Positions 9,515-18,202 of a stretch of 26,401 bases of DNA are shown here, in pieces; within the stretch, counting starts at the first letter, position 1; each line of letters opens with the position of its first letter. This stretch comes from a virus: the UHGV virus genome UHGV-1485618; one strand, 5' to 3'. The translations under genes were made by a program, and so were the position numbers. The notes beneath the pieces are model-generated. The model searched no databases. It had not been told where the DNA came from and worked only from the letters and a program-made list of their open reading frames with translations.

Positions 9515-9590
9515 GCTGGTTTAGCTCCAATGGTAGAGCAGTCGCCTTGTAAGCGAATGGGTAGCGGTTCAAGTCCGTTAACCAGCACCA
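9515..9590 (+). tRNA. tRNA-like gene, predicted anticodon UGU (Thr), CCA encoded
   Basis: Hand-folded cloverleaf: perfect 7-bp acceptor GCTGGTT/AACCAGC, D-arm GCTC-CAATGGTA-GAGC, anticodon loop CTTGTAA (stem has a G-A mismatch at 27-43), T-arm AGCGG-TTCAAGT-CCGTT, CCA. Confidence 0.55.
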
Positions 9591-9832
9591 TAACTGAGCC
9601 GTAGCCACTGGCTATCCTGAATTCATCAGTGATAGTTATGCTGCGGCCTTCTACACATGACCTTCGTGAAAGCGGGTGGCATGAGGTTGCGCTAACAACC
9701 TCCTGCCGTTTTGCCCGTGCATATCGGTCACGAACAAATCTGATTACTAAACACAGTAGCCTGGATTTGTTCTATCAGTAATCGACCTTATTCCTAATTA
9801 AATAGAGCAAATCCCCTTATTGGGGGTAAGAC

Positions 9833-10156
9833 ATGAAGATGCCAGAAAAACATGACCTGTTAGCCGCCATTCTCGCGGCAAAGGAACAAGGCATCGGGGC
9901 AATCCTTGCGTTTGCAATGGCGTACCTTCGCGGCAGATATAATGGCGGTGCGTTTACAAAAACAGTAATCGACGCAACGATGTGCGCCATTATCGCCTGG
10001 TTCATTCGTGACCTTCTCGACTTCGCAGGACTAAGTAGCAATCTCGCTTATATAACGAGCGTGTTCATCGGCTACATCGGTACTGACTCGATTGGTTCGC
10101 TTATCAAACGCTTCGCTGCTAAAAAAGCCGGAGTAGAAGATGGTGGAAATCAATAA
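9833..10156 (+). CDS. S: Holin S (lambda type, dual-start Met1-Lys2-Met3)
   Basis: Translation [34 protein letters not shown]... matches lambda S from memory. Confidence 0.95.
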   Translation: MKMPEKHDLLAAILAAKEQGIGAILAFAMAYLRGRYNGGAFTKTVIDATMCAIIAWFIRDLLDFAGLSSNLAYITSVFIGYIGTDSIGSLIKRFAAKKAGVEDGGNQ

Positions 10157-10616
10157 TCAACGTAAGGCGTTCCTCGATATGCTGGCGTGGTCAGAGGGAA
10201 CTGATAACGGACGTCAGAAAACCAGAAATCATGGTTATGACGTCATTGTTGGCGGAGAGCTATTCACTGATTACTCCGATCACCCTCGCAAACTTGTCAC
10301 GCTAAACCCCAAACTCAAATCAACAGCCGCCGGGCGCTACCAGCTTCTTTCCCGTTGGTGGGATTCCTATCGTAAGCAGCTTGGCCTGAAAGACTTCTCC
10401 CCCAAAAGCCAGGACGCAGTGGCATTGCAGCAGATTAAAGAGCGTGGCGCTTTACCGATGATTGATCGCGGTGATATTCGTCAGGCTATCGACCGTTGCA
10501 GCAATATCTGGGCTTCACTGCCGGGCGCTGGTTATGGTCAGTTCGAGCATAAGGCTGACAGCCTGATTGCAAAATTCAAAGAAGCAGGCGGAACGGTCAG
10601 AGAGATTGAGGTATGA
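10140..10616 (+). CDS. R: Endolysin R (lytic transglycosylase, lambda type)
   Basis: 158-aa translation [39 protein letters not shown]... matches lambda R from memory. Confidence 0.95.
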   Translation: MVEINNQRKAFLDMLAWSEGTDNGRQKTRNHGYDVIVGGELFTDYSDHPRKLVTLNPKLKSTAAGRYQLLSRWWDSYRKQLGLKDFSPKSQDAVALQQIKERGALPMIDRGDIRQAIDRCSNIWASLPGAGYGQFEHKADSLIAKFKEAGGTVREIEV

Positions 10617-11050
10617 GCAGAGTAACCGCGATTATCTCCGCTCTGGTTATCTGCATCATCGTCTTCCTGTCATGGGCGGTTAATCATTACCGTGATAACG
10701 CCATTACCTATAAAGAACAGCGCGATAAGGCCGCATTCATTATCGCTGACATGCAGAAACGTCAACGCAATGTAGCAGAACTCGACGCCAGATATACAAA
10801 GGAGCTTGCTGATGCTAACGCGACTATCGAAAGTCTCCGTGCTGATGTTTCTGCTGGTCGTAAGCGCATGCAAGTCGCCGCCACCTGTGCAAAGTCAACG
10901 ACCGGAGCCAGCAGCATGGGCGATGGAGAAAGCCCAAGACTTACAGCAGATGCTGAACTCAATTATTACCGTCTACGAAGTGGAATCGACAGGATAACCG
11001 CGCAGGTTAACTACCTGCAGGAGTACATCAGGACGCAATGCCTGAAATAA
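10613..11050 (+). CDS. Rz: Spanin inner-membrane subunit Rz
   Basis: N-terminal transmembrane segment and coiled-coil periplasmic domain directly after R. Confidence 0.9.
   Translation: MSRVTAIISALVICIIVFLSWAVNHYRDNAITYKEQRDKAAFIIADMQKRQRNVAELDARYTKELADANATIESLRADVSAGRKRMQVAATCAKSTTGASSMGDGESPRLTADAELNYYRLRSGIDRITAQVNYLQEYIRTQCLK
10812..10997 (+). CDS. Rz1: Spanin outer-membrane lipoprotein Rz1, embedded in the +1 frame of Rz
   Basis: Embedded ORF with signal and lipobox (LVVSAC) followed by a Pro-rich mature region; start taken at the third Met of the listed ORF. Confidence 0.75.
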   Translation: MLTRLSKVSVLMFLLVVSACKSPPPVQSQRPEPAAWAMEKAQDLQQMLNSIITVYEVESTG

Positions 11051-11081
11051 TTTTTTTGCAAATCACAAAGTCCATTTAATG

Positions 11082-11105
11082 AGCCTCGCGATGCGGGGCT
11101 TTTTC
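11082..11105 (+). terminator. Rho-independent terminator after the lysis cassette
   Basis: GC-rich stem AGCCTCGC / GCGGGGCT with GAT loop, followed by TTTT. Confidence 0.7.
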
Positions 11106-11111
11106 CAATAA

Positions 11112-11136
11112 ATGCGTACCGCAACGCATGTTTTTT
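11112..11136 (+). terminator. Second tandem terminator-like hairpin
   Basis: ATGCGT / ACGCAT stem with 6-nt loop, followed by GTTTTTT. Confidence 0.55.
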
Positions 11137-11251
11137 ACACCGAACCTGCCCCTTTGGAATGGGCCTTTGAGGATACCAGTTAGTGCTGGCGAGCCTCGGT
11201 GGGCTGGTTTCCTGTGCGGCAAAGGTTCATTTCAAAGAGTAGGTACACGCT

Positions 11252-11749
11252 ATGAAATCATTAACCCTCTTCAATCAACCAATTCGTATCGGTGAAGATG
11301 GCATGATCTGCCTCACTGATATGTGGAAAGCCAGTGGTAAAAGTGAATCTGAATCGCCTTACCACTACCTGCGAAACAAGCAGACCAAAGAGTTCTTAGC
11401 CGAGCTGGAGAAAAACCACGAATCTGTGGTTTTTACTGAGCGCGGTGTACACGGTGGAACATATGGCGGGAAGTTTGTTGCTTACGATTATGCGGCTTGG
11501 TTAAACCCCGGGTTCAAGTACGCGGCCTATAAAGTCCTCGATGACTACTTCACCGGAGAACTTCAGCATCGCAACAGCTTAAGTGCGCAGCTCAACATGA
11601 AATGTCATGAGTTTGACCAGAAGAAAGACATGGCGAGCTTCTGCGGACAAGGGCTGGCAGCATGGCGCTATACGAAGCCAGTGTTGGTCGCTGAGATTAA
11701 CTCCCTGGCTAACCAGCTGCAGATTACGATCCCCGGGCTTCCGGGATGA
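11252..11749 (+). CDS. KilA-N domain protein, 165 aa
   Basis: N-terminal IRIGEDGMICLTDMWKASG and ERGVHGGTYGGKFVAYDYAAWLNP fit the KilA-N/APSES-type DNA-binding pattern. Confidence 0.65.
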   Translation: MKSLTLFNQPIRIGEDGMICLTDMWKASGKSESESPYHYLRNKQTKEFLAELEKNHESVVFTERGVHGGTYGGKFVAYDYAAWLNPGFKYAAYKVLDDYFTGELQHRNSLSAQLNMKCHEFDQKKDMASFCGQGLAAWRYTKPVLVAEINSLANQLQITIPGLPG

Positions 11750-12003
11750 GTGATCGTGTCATTGAATGCGCCTCCAGAGCGGGGCGTGACTTCTCAGAGT
11801 TCATGAAAGGTGAGAAGGGCATGATGGAAGCATTGGCCTCGGTGGATGAGTTTGGCGAGCAGCTGCGCCTCAACGGCTGTGTCAATCATCACTTTGTTAG
11901 CTACATGATGCGGAACTCGATCATGCAGGCATTCATGGACATGGCAAAAGCCGAGAGGAAAGAAGAGCGCCGGCGTAAGCGAGCGGAAGCAAAAGCGAAG
12001 TAG
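11746..12003 (+). CDS. Hypothetical protein, 85 aa, basic C-terminus; translationally coupled to the KilA-N gene
   Basis: ATGA overlap with the upstream stop; no family recognised. Confidence 0.5.
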   Translation: MSDRVIECASRAGRDFSEFMKGEKGMMEALASVDEFGEQLRLNGCVNHHFVSYMMRNSIMQAFMDMAKAERKEERRRKRAEAKAK

Positions 12004-12298
12004 CCATTACAAAGCCCATCTACGGGTGGGCTTGATAATGAAACCGGAGTTAATTTCTGGTCACTAATTAACGGCAGTACAGCGAAACAACCCAAGCCAG
12101 AAAGTGGGGAAATAACACTGGCAGCCACTGAAAGATGAACCTCCTGCCTGATGGCAAAAAAGATTCTTTGTGGTGGCGGACTGATGGAAAGACATCGGTT
12201 ATTGCAGAGACCATTCAATGAGTGGTCTCGACAATGGCTTATACCCTGCACGGGATAACTTAACTGATATCCCTTTTAACGGATAAACGGAGCCAACA

Positions 12299-12541
12299 AT
12301 GGCAGAGATTATTCCCATGACTGAAGAACAGAAATTCCAGTTAGAGATTTACAAACTGGTCATGAACCAGAACGCAGCCGCAGAGGAAGCATTTCAATTC
12401 ATTGGCACTGACGAGCTGAAGCTTGAGCTATTCAAAATTCACTTCCAGTCAGGCGGCGCTAATTCAGATATCACGACCCGAACTATCGAAGCGGTGCGTA
12501 AATCGAAGGAAGCGTTAGACCTGTTCACCACCGGAGCATGA
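12299..12541 (+). CDS. Hypothetical small acidic protein, 80 aa; first gene of a two-gene cassette
   Basis: ORF after a 295-bp intergenic region; its stop lies 1 nt before the next start codon. Confidence 0.5.
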   Translation: MAEIIPMTEEQKFQLEIYKLVMNQNAAAEEAFQFIGTDELKLELFKIHFQSGGANSDITTRTIEAVRKSKEALDLFTTGA

Positions 12542-12542
12542 T

Positions 12543-13031
12543 ATGACCACTATTGCATGGGATGGAAAGACCCTGGCATCTGACACCCAGGCATCATCTG
12601 GTGATGTTGTGTGTTCGTATACAGAACAAAAGATTTACACACCGCCAGAATCTGGGTGGGAGGTTTGCGGCAGTAAAGTGGTTGCATTAGGTTGTTCTGG
12701 TGATTGCGGCGCGGAGATGGAATTGCAGGAACTGCTTAAGAACAACCTGACGTATGCATCAGAATTTCTCCCGACATTCTCTTTCACCGCGCTTGCTATC
12801 ATCGGTGCTGGTCGTGCTTACATCATCTCAAAAGAGAAAGGCGAAACGCGGGCGAGTATTTCGCGACAGGTTGAACCGTATGCCATTGGTAGTGGTGGGC
12901 TGATTGCTCGCACAGCCATGCACTGCGGCAAAAATGCGAGAGAAGCGGTACAAGTCGCAATTGATCTTGACTGCTATTCCGGCGGCAGCGTTGATTCGTT
13001 CCCCGCTGGGAAGCAAACAGAAGGGAAATAA
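12543..13031 (+). CDS. Putative Ntn-hydrolase, HslV/proteasome beta-subunit-like threonine peptidase, 162 aa
   Basis: Starts Met-Thr-Thr-Ile (Thr nucleophile exposed after Met removal). [17 protein letters not shown] and [13 protein letters not shown] align by eye with E. coli HslV (AGDGQAT, KVIAGFAGGTAD, IAIGSGGPYAQAA). GGAG Shine-Dalgarno 6 nt upstream. Confidence 0.55.
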   Translation: MTTIAWDGKTLASDTQASSGDVVCSYTEQKIYTPPESGWEVCGSKVVALGCSGDCGAEMELQELLKNNLTYASEFLPTFSFTALAIIGAGRAYIISKEKGETRASISRQVEPYAIGSGGLIARTAMHCGKNAREAVQVAIDLDCYSGGSVDSFPAGKQTEGK

Positions 13032-13036
13032 TCAAT

Positions 13037-13525
13037 ATGGCAGCACCAAAGGGCAACCGATTTTGGGAGGCCCGCAGTAGTCATGGGCGAAATCCTAAAT
13101 TCGAATCGCCTGAGGCGCTGTGGGCTGCTTGTTGTGAATACTTCGAGTGGGTGGAAGCTAACCCGCTATGGGAGATGAGGGCGTTCTCGTATCAGGGTGA
13201 AGTGATACAAGAGCCTATCGCCAAGATGCGAGCGATGACCATTACCGGCCTCACTCTGTTCATTGATGTGACGCTTGAAACATGGCGCACATATCGCCTG
13301 CGAGAAGATTTATCTGAAGTCGTTACGCGAGCAGAACAGGTCATCTACGACCAGAAATTCTCTGGCGCAGCCGCTGACCTTCTCAACGCTAACATCATCG
13401 CCCGTGATTTGGGCCTCAAAGAGCAGTCGCAAGTTGAAGACGTGACACCTGATAAGGGAGATCGCGATAAGCGGCGCTCTCGTATCAAGGAGCTATTCAA
13501 CCGTGGAACTGGACGCGATTCTTGA
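13037..13525 (+). CDS. Terminase small subunit (P22 gp3 type)
   Basis: 162-aa translation [47 protein letters not shown]... matches P22 gp3 from memory; contains a pac-like sequence. Confidence 0.9.
   Translation: MAAPKGNRFWEARSSHGRNPKFESPEALWAACCEYFEWVEANPLWEMRAFSYQGEVIQEPIAKMRAMTITGLTLFIDVTLETWRTYRLREDLSEVVTRAEQVIYDQKFSGAAADLLNANIIARDLGLKEQSQVEDVTPDKGDRDKRRSRIKELFNRGTGRDS
13304..13325 (+). other. pac site (P22 type) inside the terminase small-subunit gene
   Basis: GAAGATTTATCTGAAGTCGTTA (followed by CGCGAG) matches the P22 pac sequence as I remember it. Confidence 0.65.
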
Positions 13526-14999
13526 TAACCTGAGCGACGAAGAGCAAATCGAATTGCTCGAGCTACTCGAAGAAGAAGAGAACTACCGGAACACACACCT
13601 GCTATATGAATTTACGCCATACAGCAAACAGCGTGAGTTCATCGACGCCGGACATGACTATCCAGAGCGATGTTTTATGGCTGGTAACCAGCTTGGTAAG
13701 TCATTTACTGGTGCTGCTGAAGTCGCGTTTCACCTTACAGGGCGTTATCCGGGCACAAAAGGCTATCCTGCTGATGGTAAATATGGCGGTGAGTGGAAAG
13801 GTAAGCGTTTCTATGAGCCTGTTGTCTTTTGGATTGGTGGCGAGACAAACGAGACTGTAACCAAAACGACTCAACGCATCCTGTGCGGTCGTATCGAAGA
13901 GAATGACGAGCCTGGCTACGGTTCCATACCGAAAGAGGACATCATTAGCTGGAAGAAGTCTCCTTTCTTTCCGAACCTTGTTGATCATCTTCTGGTTAAG
14001 CATCACACGGCTGATGGCGTTGAAGATGGCATTTCAATCTGCTACTTCAAACCATACTCTCAAGGCCGTGCTCGCTGGCAGGGTGACACAATCCACGGCG
14101 TGTGGTTTGACGAAGAGCCACCATACAGCATTTATGGCGAAGGTCTTACCCGTACCAACAAATACGGGCAATTCTCAATTCTGACGTTTACCCCGCTGAT
14201 GGGGATGTCTGACGTTGTTACCAAGTTCCTGAAGAATCCCAGCAAGTCGCAGAAAGTGGTCAACATGACCATCTATGATGCTGAGCACTATACCGACGAG
14301 CAGAAAGAGCAAATCATCGCATCCTATCCCGAGCACGAGAGAGAGGCGCGTGCTCGCGGTATTCCTACGATGGGTAGCGGTCGAATCTTCCAGATACCGG
14401 AAGAGACGATTAAGTGTCAGCCGTTCGAGTGTCCTGATCACTTCTACGTCATCAATGCAATGGACTTCGGATGGGATCACCCACAGGCACATATCCAGCT
14501 TTGGTGGGATAAAGACGAGGACGTGATTTATCTTTCTCGCGTCTGGAAGGCCAAACAGAAGAAGGCGACAGAGGCATGGAGTGCTGTTAAAGCATGGAGC
14601 AAAAACACCCCTACGGCTTGGCCTCATGACGGGCATCAGCACGAAAAGGGAGGCGGCGCTCAGCTCAAGGAACAATACGCCGAAGCTGGGTTCGACATGT
14701 TGCCAGATCATGCAACATGGCCTGATGGAGGTAATGCGGTCGAACCCGGGATAGCAGAGATACGCGACATGATGCTCGACGGTCGTTTCAAGGTATTTAA
14801 CACCTGCGAGCCATTCTTTGAAGAGTTTCGTCTGTATCACCGCGATGAGAACGGGAAGATCGTCAAGCTAAATGACGACATCCTTTCTGCTGTTCGCTAT
14901 GGCTACATGATGAGGCGTTTTGCAATACAGATGCGAGACATCAAAGATCCTAAAGAGATTGATTACTCAAGCTACAACATACCTTGCGGAGTTGGATGA
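13503..14999 (+). CDS. Terminase large subunit (P22 gp2-like), 498 aa
   Basis: Size and position between small terminase and portal; ATPase and nuclease-type motifs; overlaps the small-subunit 3' end. Confidence 0.9.
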   Translation: MELDAILDNLSDEEQIELLELLEEEENYRNTHLLYEFTPYSKQREFIDAGHDYPERCFMAGNQLGKSFTGAAEVAFHLTGRYPGTKGYPADGKYGGEWKGKRFYEPVVFWIGGETNETVTKTTQRILCGRIEENDEPGYGSIPKEDIISWKKSPFFPNLVDHLLVKHHTADGVEDGISICYFKPYSQGRARWQGDTIHGVWFDEEPPYSIYGEGLTRTNKYGQFSILTFTPLMGMSDVVTKFLKNPSKSQKVVNMTIYDAEHYTDEQKEQIIASYPEHEREARARGIPTMGSGRIFQIPEETIKCQPFECPDHFYVINAMDFGWDHPQAHIQLWWDKDEDVIYLSRVWKAKQKKATEAWSAVKAWSKNTPTAWPHDGHQHEKGGGAQLKEQYAEAGFDMLPDHATWPDGGNAVEPGIAEIRDMMLDGRFKVFNTCEPFFEEFRLYHRDENGKIVKLNDDILSAVRYGYMMRRFAIQMRDIKDPKEIDYSSYNIPCGVG

Positions 15000-17200
15000 T
15001 GGCTGATGATAGAAAGATGACTGACTGGCATCGCAAGGTGCTGTGCAACTTTGATAATGCCTGGTCAGCAACGAAGGATATGCGTGAGCAGATTATTGAG
15101 GCTCAACGTTTCGTCCGGGTGTCCGGCGCACAGTGGGAAGGCAGCACAAACGCTGGTTACTCATTTGATGAAGGCAGGTTTGAGCATTACCCGCGCTTTG
15201 AACTGAATAAGATTGCCCGTGAATGTGATCGCATCATTGGCGAGTATCGACAGAATCGCATCAGCGTTAAATTCAGGCCTAAGGACGATAAGGCATCGGA
15301 AGCGTTAGCCGAAAAGATGAACGGCAAATTCCGCGCTGACTATCAGGAAACATCCGGTGGCGAAGCGTGTGATAACGCATTTGATGATGCTGTAACGGGC
15401 GGATTCGGTTGTTTCCGCATGTGTGCCGATTACGAAGATGAAATGGATCCGAGTAACGAGCAGCGACGCATCAGCCTTCTTCCTGTTTACGACCCAGCGA
15501 CATGCGTTTTCTTCGATCAGGACAGCAAGCAATATGACCGCTCTGATGCTATGTGGGCTATGGAAATGTTCTCCATGACGCCTAAAGCGTTCGAGGCTGA
15601 ATACCCTGATTCCATCGCGGCAAGTCTTTCTCGTGATGACACTGGTACTCAATATGACTGGTCAACGCCTGATGCCATCTATGTTGGACGCTACTACGAA
15701 GTCCGCATAGAGAAGGTGAAGCTCACAGCATGGCGTAACCCTGTCAGCGGAGAAACGGCAATCTATGATGAAGAGCAAATCAAAGATATTGTCGACGAGC
15801 TGACCGATGGTGCATTCGAACTGATTGGCGAGCGAACGGTGAAGAAACGCCGAGTTTATTGCGGTCTTCTGTCTGGCGCTGAATGGCTGGAAGAACCGAA
15901 GCGTATTCCGGGCGAACATATTCCTCTCATCCCGGTATATGGGCGTCGTTCATTTGTTGATAATCAGGAGCGAATCGAAGGCCACGCAGCAAAAGCGATG
16001 GATGCACAGCGTCTTGAGAACCTGATGGTTTCCATGATTGCAGATAATGCTACTCAGGCTGGCGGTGATGGCATTCCTATCGTGGATGTTGATTTCATTC
16101 CCGGTCCATTAATGAATCACTGGGCAGAGAGGAATAAGAAAAGACCTGCAGTTCTTCCCATGACCAGCAAGAAGGACAAAAACGGAACGGTCATTTCAGA
16201 GGCTCAGGTTGCTGGCTGGACACCTCCGACACAAATGCCTCCTGCTCTTGCCGGGCTATTGCAGTACACCGGAACGGCTATTCAGCAAATTACAGGTGCG
16301 TCGCAGCTTGAGAACATGCCGAGCAACGTCGCTACCGATACCGTTGATAGCATCTTTAACCGGATGGACACGCAGTCCTATATCTACATGGACAACATGG
16401 CTAAATCCATGCGCCGTGCTGGCGTCGTGTGGCTTTCTATGGCTCGTGAAGTCTATGGCAGCGATACGCCAATGCGCATCGTTAATGAGGATGGCAGCGA
16501 TGACGTGGCGCTGATGACTGGTGAAGTGGTTGACCGTCAGACAGGGAAGGTTATCGCGCTTAACGACCTTTCGCAGGGTAACTATGAAGTGACTGTCGAT
16601 GTCGGTCAGTCGTTCGCTACTCGCCGTGATGCAACGGTTAAGTCGTTGCTTTCCATGCTGGCACTTATCCCGCCAGGAACGCCGAAGCATGACCTTGTAT
16701 CGTCGATGATTCTCGACAATATGGACGGCGAAGGGATGGACGACCTTAAAGAATACAACCGCAATCAGTTGCTTCTGTCTGGCGTTATTAAGCCGAGAAC
16801 ACCAGAAGAACAGCAGATGGTTGAGCAGGCGAAACAACAACAGGCCAGTCAGCCAGATCCGGCTATGGTTGCTGCGCAAGGTCAGCTTCTTGCTGGTCAG
16901 GCTGAATTGCAGAAAGCGCAGAACGAACAAGCAGCCATTCAGGTTAAAGCATTCCAGGCACAGACGGATGCTCAGGTTGCTGCGGCAAATGTTGTGAAAA
17001 TCCTCGCATCTGCCGATAGCCAGCAAAAATCTGATATCCGTGAGGCGCTGAAACTGCTCGGACAGTTCCAGCAACAGCAAGGAGATAATGCCCGTGCTGA
17101 TGCAGAGCTTGTCCTGAAAAGTCAGGCACAGGGCCATGCGCAGCGCATGGACATCAGCAGCATCCTGCAAAAATCAACTCAGCAACAACCACAGCAGTAA
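14996..17200 (+). CDS. Portal protein (P22 gp1-like) with long C-terminal helical barrel
   Basis: About 734 aa with a Q/A-rich C-terminal region resembling the P22 portal barrel. Start taken at the first ATG (14996, or 14999); the listed 14984 start is a TTG. Confidence 0.9.
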   Translation: MMADDRKMTDWHRKVLCNFDNAWSATKDMREQIIEAQRFVRVSGAQWEGSTNAGYSFDEGRFEHYPRFELNKIARECDRIIGEYRQNRISVKFRPKDDKASEALAEKMNGKFRADYQETSGGEACDNAFDDAVTGGFGCFRMCADYEDEMDPSNEQRRISLLPVYDPATCVFFDQDSKQYDRSDAMWAMEMFSMTPKAFEAEYPDSIAASLSRDDTGTQYDWSTPDAIYVGRYYEVRIEKVKLTAWRNPVSGETAIYDEEQIKDIVDELTDGAFELIGERTVKKRRVYCGLLSGAEWLEEPKRIPGEHIPLIPVYGRRSFVDNQERIEGHAAKAMDAQRLENLMVSMIADNATQAGGDGIPIVDVDFIPGPLMNHWAERNKKRPAVLPMTSKKDKNGTVISEAQVAGWTPPTQMPPALAGLLQYTGTAIQQITGASQLENMPSNVATDTVDSIFNRMDTQSYIYMDNMAKSMRRAGVVWLSMAREVYGSDTPMRIVNEDGSDDVALMTGEVVDRQTGKVIALNDLSQGNYEVTVDVGQSFATRRDATVKSLLSMLALIPPGTPKHDLVSSMILDNMDGEGMDDLKEYNRNQLLLSGVIKPRTPEEQQMVEQAKQQQASQPDPAMVAAQGQLLAGQAELQKAQNEQAAIQVKAFQAQTDAQVAAANVVKILASADSQQKSDIREALKLLGQFQQQQGDNARADAELVLKSQAQGHAQRMDISSILQKSTQQQPQQ

Positions 17201-17290
17201 TTAACCCATAACGTGCAATGGCTGTCTTTATGAGGCCTGGAACCCTATTGCCTTCCGACGGGCTGAACATCGAGTAAACAGGGGTAACAA

Positions 17291-18184
17291 ATGGAACAGA
17301 TGGCAGAAAACACACCAGAAGTTGAAATCGAAACCGACGCGTCAGAGCAGATTCCTGATGATGTCGAACTGGCTGAAGAAGTCGAAACAGAAGATGGCAG
17401 TGAGTCCTCTGGCAATGATGCAGAGGAAGCTACTGAAACTGATGACGACGAATCAGAACAGGAATTCTACTTTGGTGACGAAAAGCTGGATTCGCCAACC
17501 AGCGAAGATAGCGCAGAGCATGGACTGGTAAAACACCTGCGCAAGACGATTAAAGAGAAAGACCGCGAGCTGAAAGAGCTGATGCGTCAGTCTCAGAAAC
17601 CCGTCGAGCAGCAGCCGGTAATCACTCAACCACCGCGAATGCCAAAACTGGACGATGAGGACATCGGTTTCGATGAAGAAATCTACCAGCAACGCATGGC
17701 TAAGTGGGCAGAGGATAACGGCAAGTACCAGCAACAGGAGATGGCTCGCAAGCAGAAGGAGCAGGAGCTTCAGGCTGCCTATCAACAGCGATTATCCAAA
17801 TATCAGCAACGTGTTAAGGCTCTCAAAGTTCCTGGCTATCAGGAAGCTGAGCAGGCCGTACTCGAGGAAATCCCCATCGAGACACAAAACTCGATCCTGT
17901 TTGAGTCAGAGAAGCCGGAAATCGTTGTTCTGGCGCTTGGTCGCAACGCTGAACTGCGCAAGCAACTGGCAGAAGCTACCAACCCCGTAGCAATTGGTCG
18001 TCTGCTGGAACGTATCGAATCGAAGGCCAGAATCATGCCAAAAGCAAAAAACACGGCAGCCACAACCCCGACAGTTAAGGGGAGCAACGGCGCAGTAATC
18101 AATAACCTCGACAAACTGAAAGCCAAGGCGCTGGAAACTGGTGACTGGACGCCGTATTTCGCCGCTAAAAAGGCAAAAAAATAA
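17291..18184 (+). CDS. Scaffolding protein (P22 gp8-like)
   Basis: Position between portal and coat; acidic N-terminus, coiled-coil middle, basic C-terminal helix-turn-helix-like tail. Confidence 0.75.
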   Translation: MEQMAENTPEVEIETDASEQIPDDVELAEEVETEDGSESSGNDAEEATETDDDESEQEFYFGDEKLDSPTSEDSAEHGLVKHLRKTIKEKDRELKELMRQSQKPVEQQPVITQPPRMPKLDDEDIGFDEEIYQQRMAKWAEDNGKYQQQEMARKQKEQELQAAYQQRLSKYQQRVKALKVPGYQEAEQAVLEEIPIETQNSILFESEKPEIVVLALGRNAELRKQLAEATNPVAIGRLLERIESKARIMPKAKNTAATTPTVKGSNGAVINNLDKLKAKALETGDWTPYFAAKKAKK

Positions 18185-18202
18185 CCTATCGGAGCATTAA
18201 GC

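Noticed and set aside
9435-9590. tRNA genes as a possible integration site (attachment site)
   Set aside because: No integrase is adjacent and the tRNAs sit inside the late operon between tR' and S, so they are phage cargo rather than a host att target.
14175-14840. 221-aa minus-strand ORF
   Set aside because: Antisense within the terminase large subunit gene; no start-site signal and no recognisable features.
16256-17170. 304-aa minus-strand ORF
   Set aside because: Lies entirely antisense within the portal gene, which has clear family resemblance and correct module context; the translation is low-complexity.
17201-17290. Intergenic region upstream of the scaffold gene as a possible regulatory RNA structure
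   Set aside because: No convincing hairpin or motif seen by eye; any autoregulatory site would need experimental mapping.
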